Shown here: piece after piece, positions 15,713-25,280 of the stretch
Layout: the number at the start of each line of letters is the position of its first letter
How positions within the stretch are numbered: position 1 is the stretch's first letter
Source of the DNA: Promethearchaeota archaeon Loki_b32
GTDB taxonomy: Archaea; Asgardarchaeota; Lokiarchaeia; Sigyniarchaeales; SOKP01
DNA: 64,000 nucleotides
Reading direction: 5' to 3'
Assembly (NCBI GenBank): GCA_005223125.1
Contig: NJBH01000001.1
Span: forward strand, 45,935 to 109,934
Notes under the pieces: generated by a model
The model's database searches: none
The model's input: only the letters and a program-made list of their open reading frames with translations
Told to the model about the DNA's origin: nothing
Program-made: the position numbers and the translations under genes

Positions 15713-16975
15713 ATGAAAATGATTACTGGTGTAGATATTTTAGATGAAGAGATAAAAGAAAAATTAAGAACAGAAAATATTTATAAAATATTTAATAATT
15801 TTATAATTCCACTTATAACAGAGGAAGAACGGGAATTTTTGGAGGAATTGGAGCGATTTTTACTCAAGGAAATTGAACCTAAAATGAATTTAAGTGAGGA
15901 AGTGTACGAACTTTTTCCAATCCTAGGCAAGAAAAACTACATCCAGAGATTAAATCCTTATGGAGATTCTGAAAGGTATAACATGCGCTATGAAATGCTT
16001 TTAGCAATGGCGACATCGATTATTGATCCCGAGTTAGATTTGTCAAGAGTGGTCACTGGGGTAATATTTGCCAATCCATTGTTTCAATTTGGCAGGGGAG
16101 ATAGAATATCTGAGATTTTGAATGACATTATCACGGGCAAAAAGATTGGGTGTATTTGTATCACTGAAAGAAAGCACGGATCTGATGCTGTTAATATGGA
16201 AACTATGGTTAGTGATAAAGGAGATCATTTACTTTTCACTGGAGAAAAATTATATACGACTAATGGTCCAGTAGCAGATTATTTTATAGTATATGGAGTC
16301 TCAGATATCTCAGATCCACGAGGAACCATGTATCAAGCAATTGCGGAAAGAGGGTATGAAGGATTGATAACAAATAGACTTGGCATTCAATCAGTTCCAC
16401 GAGTACAAATTGGCCAAACTCTTTTTAATTCTGTGAAAATCCCAAGAGAAAATATCCTTGGAGACAAAGGGCAAGGGTATAAAAATTTATTTTCTGGGCT
16501 TGTAGCGGAAAGATGTTCGATCATTGGGTCTAGTTTAGGGATTGGGTGGTTAACTGCAATTACAGGTCTTATTTATACAAACTTAAGAATTCAATTTGGC
16601 CGACCTCTATATGATTTTCAAGGAGTTTCGCTTCCGCAAACCCAGAATTTTATTGAACTCATGGCAGCTACAGAACTTGGTTTTAAGTCAGCTTCAGAGT
16701 ATAACAAGACAATTGAGCGAAAACATTTCGATCAACAGAAATTCATTAAATATAATGCAGCATTTAGTTCAGGTACAAAATATCTTGCGTCACACCTAGC
16801 CCATAAAATATCATATGAGACTCAACAATTATGTGGAGGTATTGCGTTTACAGATAACCTGCGAATTGATAAAGCCTTAGAAGTCGCTAAAGTTCAGGAA
16901 ATAATAGGAGGTGCTCGAAATATTCAGCTCTATTTAGTTAGTAGAGCTATTAAAGATATGATTTTTCTACTATAA
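15713..16975 (+). CDS. Acyl-CoA dehydrogenase family protein
   Basis: 420 aa. Contains 'CITERKHGSDAVNMETM', 'TNGPVADYFIVY' and the C-terminal 'QLCGGIAFTDNLRIDKALEVAKVQEIIGGARNIQ'. A purine-rich 'ggaaggtga' lies 7 nt before the ATG. Confidence 0.85.
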   Translation: MKMITGVDILDEEIKEKLRTENIYKIFNNFIIPLITEEEREFLEELERFLLKEIEPKMNLSEEVYELFPILGKKNYIQRLNPYGDSERYNMRYEMLLAMATSIIDPELDLSRVVTGVIFANPLFQFGRGDRISEILNDIITGKKIGCICITERKHGSDAVNMETMVSDKGDHLLFTGEKLYTTNGPVADYFIVYGVSDISDPRGTMYQAIAERGYEGLITNRLGIQSVPRVQIGQTLFNSVKIPRENILGDKGQGYKNLFSGLVAERCSIIGSSLGIGWLTAITGLIYTNLRIQFGRPLYDFQGVSLPQTQNFIELMAATELGFKSASEYNKTIERKHFDQQKFIKYNAAFSSGTKYLASHLAHKISYETQQLCGGIAFTDNLRIDKALEVAKVQEIIGGARNIQLYLVSRAIKDMIFLL

Positions 16976-17201
16976 TTAAAACAAATTTATTTAAAGACTA
17001 CTATTTAGTTGAATATATTAAACCACTGTTCATAGAAATTTTTAATACTGAGGAGAAAAAATAATATTACTAAAAATTGAGTAATTGAAAGTTCCACATT
17101 TTGGAAAGGTTTGGGATATTTTCTTTCATATTTTTGGCTTACATATAAAAGGTTTATAACATTAACATTAACATACTCTTTATATTTGAGATTATTATTT
17201 A

Positions 17202-17429
17202 ATGAGCAACATGGAGAAATCAAACGCAATATCAGATATGTTAAAGGGATTGAAGGAGATTAAAGAAGAAGAGAAAACTGAATTGCCTAATTGCGAATTC
17301 TGTGGTAAAAGCATCTCGGGCACTAAGTGGAATAAGGAATATCATCATATTAATATTTGTCAAAAACCAGAAAAACGATTTTTTTGTTCCCGTCAATGCA
17401 AATTAAAATGGGTTTTTAAAAATTTTTGA
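17202..17429 (+). CDS. Small FCS/TRASH-type zinc-finger protein (paralogue 1)
   Basis: 'CEFCGKSISGTKWNKEYHHINICQKPEKRFFCSRQCKLKWVF' shows a CxxC...FCSxxC spacing like FCS/MYM/TRASH fingers. It is a close paralogue of 18795..19004. Confidence 0.55.
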   Translation: MSNMEKSNAISDMLKGLKEIKEEEKTELPNCEFCGKSISGTKWNKEYHHINICQKPEKRFFCSRQCKLKWVFKNF

Positions 17430-17647
17430 TTTTATTTTGTTGATAATTGCTTGATATTCCAGAGGTATTTTTGATTATAGTTCTAATGTATAAAATCATG
17501 GTATATGATTAATTTTGATGTTTTAGAGTACGATCTCGGTAATAATTTTAACATAACTACTGATAGATTTAGTTGTTCATATAGGGGATACTATCTTATT
17601 TCAGGTATGGTTATGTATATAACGGGTAAAAAGAAATTAGGAGCATA

Positions 17648-18355
17648 GTGATTATGAGTAATGATGGTTTACCACAGACACGTAAAAAGGAGCAACAAAT
17701 TCCGCGTTTACAAATAGCTTTGGATTTTGAAAGATTAGATGATGCCTTGGCGATGGCAAAAGAAGTAGCTCCTTTTATAGATATTTTGGAAGCTGGAACT
17801 CCTTTAATAAAATCTGAGGGTATGCGAGCCATTCAAGCATTAAAGAAGGCACACCCGGATAAGTTAGTTTGTGCAGATTTAAAAACTGCAGATGCTGGAT
17901 ATCTTGAAGTACGAATGGCTGCCCAAGCGAAAGCTGATATTGTCACAATACTTGCAGATGCTTATGATATTACAATCAAGGAGGCTTTACGTGCAGCACA
18001 TGACTTTCACATAGAAATCATGGCAGATCTTATCATGTCTCGATCACCGACTATCAGATTAGCAGGCCTCATAGACCTTAATTATAAAGACACAAAATTA
18101 CATTATGCCCTTGTGCATAGCGGCTTAGATCGTCAAGCATCACGACGAGCTCCATTGTTAGAGTTAGAATTAGTAGCACGGTTACGAGACCATCCACGAC
18201 TAGCAATAGCAGGTGGGATAAGAGTCGACGATATTCCTAAATTATTAGCTTTTCCACTGGATATCATTATTGTAGGGGGAGGAATTATTCGTGCGAAAAA
18301 TGCATACAACGCAGCAGAGGACATTCGAAAAGCTATTTATAAGTATTCTATATGA
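17648..18355 (+). CDS. 3-hexulose-6-phosphate synthase / KGPDC family (OMP-decarboxylase suprafamily)
   Basis: Contains 'RLQIALDFERLDDALAMAKEVAPFIDILEAGTPLIKSEGMRAIQALKKAHPDKLVCADLKTADAG' and '...AIAGGIRVDDI...IIIVGGGI'. It is markedly GC-richer than its neighbours. Confidence 0.7.
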   Translation: MIMSNDGLPQTRKKEQQIPRLQIALDFERLDDALAMAKEVAPFIDILEAGTPLIKSEGMRAIQALKKAHPDKLVCADLKTADAGYLEVRMAAQAKADIVTILADAYDITIKEALRAAHDFHIEIMADLIMSRSPTIRLAGLIDLNYKDTKLHYALVHSGLDRQASRRAPLLELELVARLRDHPRLAIAGGIRVDDIPKLLAFPLDIIIVGGGIIRAKNAYNAAEDIRKAIYKYSI

Positions 18356-18441
18356 AGAAGACGATTTACACTTGAGGGAGAGTGTGTTCTAGATTAGGAG
18401 TATTAAAAATTTAACATATTATTATGTCTCCATTATAATTT

Positions 18442-18630
18442 GGGAACGTTAGAAATAAATCTTTAAAAGATATTTGGCAAAAAATGATACAGCATCCTGC
18501 TTATAATCATCGAAGTACTTTTTGTATAATGCAGCATTCATGATTTAGACATTTTTATATTGATCCCATACCAAACAACTCTACACTTCCTTATGATATT
18601 GAAAGGCTCCCTCAGGGGGATTACATGTGA
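18442..18630 (+). pseudogene. Possible radical-SAM/SPASM-type C-terminal remnant
   Basis: Reads 'GNVRNKSLKDIWQKMIQHPAYNHRSTFCIMQHS*FRHFYIDPIPNN...'. 'GNVRxxSLxDIW' is a common late motif of radical-SAM maturases. It has an in-frame TGA and no N-terminal body. Confidence 0.3.
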
Positions 18631-18794
18631 AATAGTCCCAGCATTATCTACAGCACTTAAAAAAGTCTATTTAAAGTTGCTTACACAAGTCGGAATATAT
18701 AAATTACCATTTTTTTTTAATAATTAAAAGGTTATATATAAAATGTTATTCTCATTCACATTAGCATATTAGTAAAATAAGGAATTATTATTCA

Positions 18795-19004
18795 ATGAAC
18801 AACATAGACCCCTTTGAGGAATTAAAAGAGATCAATCAAAAAGAGGAAAAAATGGCTTATTGTGAATCCTGTGGTAGAAGCATCAGGAATAATAAGTGGA
18901 AGAAGCAACATCACCATATCAATATTTGTCAACACCCCATAAAACGATTTTTCTGTTCCCGTCAATGTAAGTTAAAATGGGTTTTTAAGAAAGTAAAAGT
19001 CTAA
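18795..19004 (+). CDS. Small FCS/TRASH-type zinc-finger protein (paralogue 2)
   Basis: 'CESCGRSIRNNKWKKQHHHINICQHPIKRFFCSRQCKLKWVF'. The 3' ~60 nt are about 90% identical to paralogue 1. Confidence 0.55.
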   Translation: MNNIDPFEELKEINQKEEKMAYCESCGRSIRNNKWKKQHHHINICQHPIKRFFCSRQCKLKWVFKKVKV

Positions 19005-19463
19005 TTTAATTCAGAATAAGTATTTCCTCTATTACAGTCCGGAATTAATTAAAGCCAAGGATTGCTTATGCGGCTTAAATAGTATTTACACATATATTTC
19101 TATCATAACGATAGAATTTTTGACCTTTTAATATTTTTATGAAAAGTTATATAACTTTTTCTTCATCCGGTTTTTTATTATGCGTGTTTTCCTTAGGAGA
19201 TTCAAAAAATAATGATTTTTTCACGTTGAATTCAATCCTTTGTAATGTATCTTGTAATTCCAAGCCTCATCATAAAAATCTTCGTTTGAACTACTCATAA
19301 ACTCTCAATAAGAATAAGTTCTGAATAATATATAAAAACTTTTAGATGAAATTAAAAGAAATTTATTCATTTTAGTGAGGGATGAATTGGGGATAATTAT
19401 TCCTCAATCCTTTTTATAATAATTCAATAATGATCCAATGATACAAATTTAGAGGAAAAAACT

Positions 19464-20348
19464 ATGAAAAAATTTGGTAAGATAGTATTAAGTGCCTTTA
19501 CATTGATGATGGTATTTACATTGATGATGTCTATTAATGTAAATGCCACAGGACACCCCGATGAGATAGTTGAAGTTCCTGGAGATTCAATTAAAACACA
19601 ATTGCAAAGCAACATTATGACTACATTTCGATTTCGTGAAAGAACTCAATTAACTTTATATGCTAATGTAGATTTGGATTTAGATATTAATTGTGAAGCT
19701 TTAAGAATTGCAGAAAAAGATTTTATGATTGAAATTGAAGGAGGACACCATCTTAAATTGACTATGACTTGTACTAGGGAGGAAAATCAATTAGGATTAA
19801 TGGATGGTAACACAATGAGAGTAAGAAATCGAAATACCTATAGATACTTAGAAGGATTCTGTATTTCGATTGAATGTGAGCCAAAATATGATTGTCAATG
19901 TAATTGTGAATGTCAATGTTTAAATGAATGTCAATGTGTTTGTGATTGTGAATGCCAATGCCAAAATGATTGTCAATGTGTTTGTGATTGTGAATGTCAG
20001 TGTTTAAATGAATGCCAATGCCAAAATGAATGTCAATGCATTTGTAATTGTGGAGAAGAGCAATGCTTTTTAAAAGCTCGATTAAGAATAAGGGAAACTA
20101 GCCAAAACCGAGCTGGTCAATGGGCTTATTATAATGAAAATAATGAAGAATGGGTCACAGTTCCAACAGTGGTGGAGGATGGATATTTAACTGCTGAGAC
20201 AACTCATTTTTCAACCTGGACAGTGTTAATACCTACAGTAGCTACAAATGGAAATACTTCATTAATCCTTGGAAGTAGTGTTTCTATTGCTGTTATTGGT
20301 GCTATAATAGGGATTTCTGTTATATATACTAAAAAAAGGAAAATATAA
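19464..20348 (+). CDS. Secreted, C-terminally membrane-anchored protein with a 64-residue CxC cysteine array
   Basis: The signal peptide is 'MKKFGKIVLSAFTLMMVFTLMMSINVNA'. Residues encoded by 19875-20066 are 'CEPKYDCQCNCECQCLNECQCVCDCECQCQNDCQCVCDCECQCLNECQCQNECQCICNCGEEQC', with 25 Cys. The C-terminal TM is 'LILGSSVSIAVIGAIIGISVIY' followed by 'KKRKI'. Confidence 0.75.
   Translation: MKKFGKIVLSAFTLMMVFTLMMSINVNATGHPDEIVEVPGDSIKTQLQSNIMTTFRFRERTQLTLYANVDLDLDINCEALRIAEKDFMIEIEGGHHLKLTMTCTREENQLGLMDGNTMRVRNRNTYRYLEGFCISIECEPKYDCQCNCECQCLNECQCVCDCECQCQNDCQCVCDCECQCLNECQCQNECQCICNCGEEQCFLKARLRIRETSQNRAGQWAYYNENNEEWVTVPTVVEDGYLTAETTHFSTWTVLIPTVATNGNTSLILGSSVSIAVIGAIIGISVIYTKKRKI
19923..20006 (+). 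repeat. In-frame 42-bp tandem duplication inside the Cys array
   Basis: Unit 1 (19923-19964) encodes NECQCVCDCECQCQ. Unit 2 (19965-20006) encodes NDCQCVCDCECQCL. Shorter tgtcaatgt-type units lie on both sides. Confidence 0.9.
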
Positions 20349-20425
20349 AGAATAATTTATAACTAATTTTTTTTTAATTTTTTAAATAATTAAATATCAT
20401 AAAAAGAAAAAAGATACCAATTTAA

Positions 20426-21112
20426 TTGATGAGTATGTCTCTATCGTTCGAGCTAGTTTTAGCTTATATGATTTTAATTCCATTCATTATAGCAAATATT
20501 TTTTTCGCGATGGGATCACTTTTTCAAAATAAAACCGCTAAATTTCTGCAAAGAGCTCTTAAAGTAGAGGAAAAATTTAGTAAATCTCAGAATAAAAGAT
20601 ATAAAGTATTTAAGTATGTGAATTTCATTATTTGGTTAATAGTTGGAATAGTAAATGTGTTTAGTTTAGATAATCTAATTTCAATAGGGGCTATATTAGT
20701 TTTATTTGCGTTTCGTAGTGGAATTACTCTAAGCAAGCGTTTTATTTTTGGAATTCATGATATAAGAGTTATGAAACTACATTTATCAGACAAGAAAATT
20801 ACTAAAATTATTTCTCGAGTTGTTAAAATTGGTATCATTATCGAATTGATGTTTATCTTCATGTGGGGAATTTTGTATAAATATCTCAGCGTATCAGTTA
20901 AAACAACTTTGGGTATTGAAGTGAATGTTTTAGTAATGATTCTTTGGAGTACCGGTTTTATCTATGGAATTGTTTTCTCATTAATCCTGAGTGTTTTTTC
21001 AAAAGATATTATCCTTACAAATGAAATAGGAATTGTTTTATTACTATCGGGAGAGTTTGTTAGAGAAAAGATAAAGAAAACTAAATTTATTCCGAAATTT
21101 TTTAAGCACTGA
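20426..21112 (+). CDS. Polytopic membrane protein, unknown function
   Basis: 228 aa with about 6 hydrophobic helices and a TTG/ATG start cluster. No recognisable motif. Confidence 0.55.
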   Translation: MMSMSLSFELVLAYMILIPFIIANIFFAMGSLFQNKTAKFLQRALKVEEKFSKSQNKRYKVFKYVNFIIWLIVGIVNVFSLDNLISIGAILVLFAFRSGITLSKRFIFGIHDIRVMKLHLSDKKITKIISRVVKIGIIIELMFIFMWGILYKYLSVSVKTTLGIEVNVLVMILWSTGFIYGIVFSLILSVFSKDIILTNEIGIVLLLSGEFVREKIKKTKFIPKFFKH

Positions 21113-21225
21113 GATTTTTCGTAAGGATTTTTTTTTAAAAATTAAATTAATTCACGAGATACTATCAAAGATATCTATAAATTAAAATCATAAAATATTT
21201 ATGACCCCCAACTTTTAAATTAGTA

Positions 21226-21942
21226 ATGAATCCAAAAAAAGACAAAAACGACAATGAGTCGTGCCAATCCACTATTAATCCCGGCGAGTGGAAGGGAAGA
21301 ACAATAGAAATTGATGATGCTGGGACTGGAGATCTCGTCGGAGATGCTTTCATTGGCTTTCGAGACACGGAGACCGGAAAGATTATATTTCAATCAGTTC
21401 CCGTGGGGCTCTATAATGAAGAAAATAAGGACGATGATCGCCCGAACATACATATAGTAAATGTTATAATCAAAGCTCTTAGAAAACTTAATCATGAAAA
21501 GGGAGATAGAATCCTTTTATGTAGGGGTAATTGTTTCAATCTTGTTAGAGAATTTTTTAATGAGAATGATATTTATTACGAGCCTGCAATCGTTGAAGGA
21601 GAACTTCAAGATGCCGTAGAAGGTAGATATATTCAACACCTTCGAAAGCTCGGAGTATCTTCTAGTAATCTTAAGAAAGAATCTGGTATACAAAGATATT
21701 TTATCTTATTTAATTGGGTTTGCCAGGATTTTCCAAATCGTGAACGTTTCGTCAAGACGGGATTCCCATCTTGGAAAAAGAAATGGAGAAAGATCGCTAT
21801 AAAGAGATATAAGAAATATCAAAGGAACAAACCTACTGAAAGAGATAATATCAAAGGAAGAGCAAATATAAAATATGAGCTTAAGCTTGAGAATCCTATT
21901 TCTATCAGAGAATCTACTTCTAAGAGTCAAAAAAATAGATAA
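21226..21942 (+). CDS. Hypothetical protein with a DxG[ST]G first-strand motif (RNase H-like/ASKHA-like?) and a K/R-rich tail
   Basis: 'RTIEIDDAGTGDLVGDAFIGF' resembles the first beta-hairpin of RNase HII (DEAGRGPLxGP) or the ASKHA phosphate-1 motif. The C-terminal 'SWKKKWRKIAIKRYKKYQRNK' is strongly basic. Confidence 0.45.
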   Translation: MNPKKDKNDNESCQSTINPGEWKGRTIEIDDAGTGDLVGDAFIGFRDTETGKIIFQSVPVGLYNEENKDDDRPNIHIVNVIIKALRKLNHEKGDRILLCRGNCFNLVREFFNENDIYYEPAIVEGELQDAVEGRYIQHLRKLGVSSSNLKKESGIQRYFILFNWVCQDFPNRERFVKTGFPSWKKKWRKIAIKRYKKYQRNKPTERDNIKGRANIKYELKLENPISIRESTSKSQKNR

Positions 21943-22055
21943 TATTTTTTGCTCTTTTTATAAAAATAGTAATAGTTAAAATTATTATTATCAAAGAACT
22001 TTTTTTTAATATTATATGATAATTTTCCTTTTGTAGGAGTAAGAGGAGGTTTGAA

Positions 22056-22556
22056 TTGGAACGAGTTATAGTTTTTATAGATAATAGCAACATTTTCAAG
22101 GGTTTTAGGAAATATAATATCAAAGCTGACTATGAAAAGCTGAAAAACTTCATAGTACGTAGCCGAGAATTAGAAGCCATATTTTTATATGAGGGTGCTG
22201 TATATCCTATGAGTCCAGAGAAGAAGAAGTGGTATAAAGAGTTGACTATTCGAAGCGGATATATAATTAGAACGAGTTTTGATAAGATTGCGTCGAATGT
22301 CGCCACAGAAAAGAAAGTTGACATTAACATCGCGATTGATATCATCTCTCTTGCGTATGAAAATGCGTATGATACAGCGGTTTTACTATCTGGAGATGGC
22401 GATTTTGTTCCAGTTGTTAAGAAGGTAAAAGAATTGAATAAAAATATGGAAATTTGGGCTTTCAGATATTCATTAGCAAATACTTTAAAGGACGAGCTAA
22501 ATCCTAAGAACCTATTTTATCTTGATGATATTTTGAATAAGATAGAAATTTCCTGA
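22056..22556 (+). CDS. NYN-domain (LabA-like) putative ribonuclease
   Basis: Contains 'VIVFIDNSNIFKG', 'KKVDINIAIDII' and 'AVLLSGDGDFVPVVKKVKELNKNMEIWAF'. Confidence 0.8.
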   Translation: MERVIVFIDNSNIFKGFRKYNIKADYEKLKNFIVRSRELEAIFLYEGAVYPMSPEKKKWYKELTIRSGYIIRTSFDKIASNVATEKKVDINIAIDIISLAYENAYDTAVLLSGDGDFVPVVKKVKELNKNMEIWAFRYSLANTLKDELNPKNLFYLDDILNKIEIS

Positions 22557-22591
22557 AAAACCTTCAGAAATTGCATAAAAGTAGATAAGGG

Positions 22592-24706
22592 TTACTTTTG
22601 CTTTTTCAATTTCAATATGATAATTGAAATCCCTAAAATCGCTCCTATTATCATAAATAAATTATATCCTGAAATTTGTTGTTGAGGGGGATATCTTTTT
22701 TTCACAAGTACACTCTCAATACCTATATTCCCTGGTCTATCTTGAGCGTAAAAGGTTATTAAAATATCTCCCCCATGAATATTGTACCAAATGCTTTGAT
22801 TTATTACACCATTTAATTCAGAAAAAGTTATATTTGTGATCCCTCCATCTAATGAATACCACATAGATTCTAAATTAAGTTCATCAATAGAAATTTGAAA
22901 AGTTGGAGCTTTTGTTTCAAAAACATCATTGTTATTTGGTGATGTTATTATAATTATTGGAGCAGTTGTATCTTTTTCAATTTTTATATTGGTAAAACCT
23001 AGATATCCAAGTGAATCATTAGCATAAAATTGAATTGTGACTTGTCCGTCATTGAGTTCAGTCCATGCAGTTTGATTAATTTGCTCTAGAGTTCCATAAA
23101 AAGTATAATTAGTATCCCCTCCATCGATCGTGTACCAGGTTCTATTTATTGGAGATAGATCATGGATTGTAATATTGAATGTAGGAGCTATGAAACCATA
23201 GATTTGATTTAGAGATGGAGAGTTGATTATAATCTCAGGAGCAGTCAAATTTTTGACCACAACCACCTCTGATTTTCCTATATATCCCCTCGAATCATTT
23301 GCATAGAAAATAATTTCGATTGGACCCTCTGGAGCATTACTCCATTCAGTTTGATTAATTACTCCTGCTAATCCTGTGAAAGTAATGTTTTTTATACCAT
23401 CATCAATAGAATACCATTTTGAATCTGCAATACCTTCATCTATTGATATCTCAAAATATGGTGAATTTTCATAGGTTTCATTAACATTAGGATAAGTTAT
23501 CGAAATTACTGGAGCATCCCACCAAATAGGTAAAAAGTCATAATTATCACCATACTTACCATAAAGATAATAAGGTTCTTCTCCTACTCCATCATCATTT
23601 TCATCTTTACCTTGATAATCATCCCAGAAATTACCAATATATGAATTGTTCCAGTCATTAAAACCACTTCCATAACTACGAGCATTTATTTGATTCTTAA
23701 GAAAAGTATTGTTGTAAAAGAGATTGTAAGCTCCTTGTATAATATACACTCCATGATCGGTATTATTTTTCAAAATATTTTGAAAAATTATATTAAAGTT
23801 TGCTTCATCGAAGTCTATCCCATTTTCAGAACTATTATAAATTTTATTACCTTTTACTATGTTTTGGTGAGCAAGAGTTAAAAAAATACCATTACTTCGG
23901 CTATTATAAATTTTATTTTTTAAAATCTTGTTATTGCTTCCATAAACGTGAACCCCATGTTCACGGTTATTAATAATAGTGTTGTTTAATACAACATTGT
24001 TTTGACCAACGATATATATACCATTTTCCTCATAATGAGTCCCATTGCCATTATTGATTAATATATTTCTCGTAATATTATTGTCGTTGCACCAACTGTT
24101 TAATACTCCATGACCATTGTAAGAAATATTATTATTGTCAATGAGATTATGATGAGCAGCACCATAAAAATATACTCCCCTAAAATTATAGCATAAATCA
24201 TTTTCTACTACAGTATTGTTGTTACTATTTCCGTCTATTCTTATTCCATTACCGTAATTGTTTGAAATAATATTATTCCTAATCAAACCATTTCTAGTGG
24301 CACTAATTTTAAGTCCAGCTGAAGAAGCTTTAAGTAATGTGCAATTTCTAATTATAAAGTAAGCGCTTGACGCCTCAATAGAGATGCAAGTACTTGAACC
24401 ACTACCGTTTATTAAGATATTTTATAGTAAGTAAGGGGGGCTCCAAGTACCTCCTCCTGAACACCATGGTTCTATAACTGCTTCTTCCCAAGTATAATTT
24501 CCATATCCCTGATCGTCAATAATAAAAGGATTAAGAATCCAGTATCCACTTTTTTTAAGATTTGAGAAATTTTCATTTTTTAGACTATCATTTGAATATA
24601 TATTTCTATCAATGATACTATATGAAATTTGAAAAGATAATACAATAATTATAATTAATAATATGAAGCACTTTACTTTTCTGAGAGAATTCATAGTTTT
24701 ATACAT
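22592..24706 (-). pseudogene. Parallel beta-helix (PbH1/NosD-like) surface protein with three ~88-aa tandem domains and C-terminal TM anchor; one in-frame TAA
   Basis: ORFs 24422..24706 (signal/anchor 'VKCFILLIIIIVLSF', then '...GGGTWSPPYLL*') and 22592..24286 are in the same frame. The sequence between them also reads through as 'NILINGSGSSTCISIEASSAYFIIRNCTLL...'. The only break is TAA at 24422-24424. 'NNxIxxN' beta-helix rungs are present throughout. Confidence 0.7.
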
Positions 24707-25280
24707 TCCGGATTTTTATATTAAGAAATATCATTATCATATTTTAAATTTACCTTTTTAAAATCTGTCATATACCAACTCGCTAATCCCCCTATACCCT
24801 ATATAGTTATATTAAAAAGGCAGATCATCAAAATAAATAACATAAAAAGTTTAAAATGATTAAGACCAAAGTAAAAACATATAAATTTAATAGAGACATC
24901 TCTTGCTATAATATTTATAAGATGTTCTCATAATTTCACATTAATATTGAAATGCAAGGGCTTTATTTGAAAAAATATAGATTGTTAATATTTATCTACA
25001 TCATTTTAATATTAGGATTAGGTTTTCCAAAAAATATAAAGTAAAAGGGATCAACATCAGTTTAAAATTTAATAGATAATATCTTAGATAGAAGCTTTTT
25101 ATATCCTTTTTTAATGAGGATTTTCAACGTTGATTTATTTTATACAATACATTTTTTCATATATGATATTCTCGCATTAATTTTCTTTTGAAAGCACCTC
25201 AACAGACATTTAGTATATTTTTTGCAGATTTTGATTTTCACCATATTCATTTAAATACTTTCAAGAAATAATAAACTATT

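Noticed and set aside
17611-17832. Minus-strand ORFs 17611..17832 and 18133..18324 within the HPS gene, and 17005..17229 overlapping the zinc-finger gene start.
   Set aside because: Antisense to well-supported genes. The higher GC of the HPS gene simply reduces stop-codon frequency on the opposite strand.
19875-20066. Short tandem 'tgtcaatgt/tgtgaatgt' repeats that superficially look like a repeat array.
   Set aside because: They are in frame inside a long ORF, have no unique spacers and encode the CxC motif. This is a coding tandem repeat, not a CRISPR or satellite.
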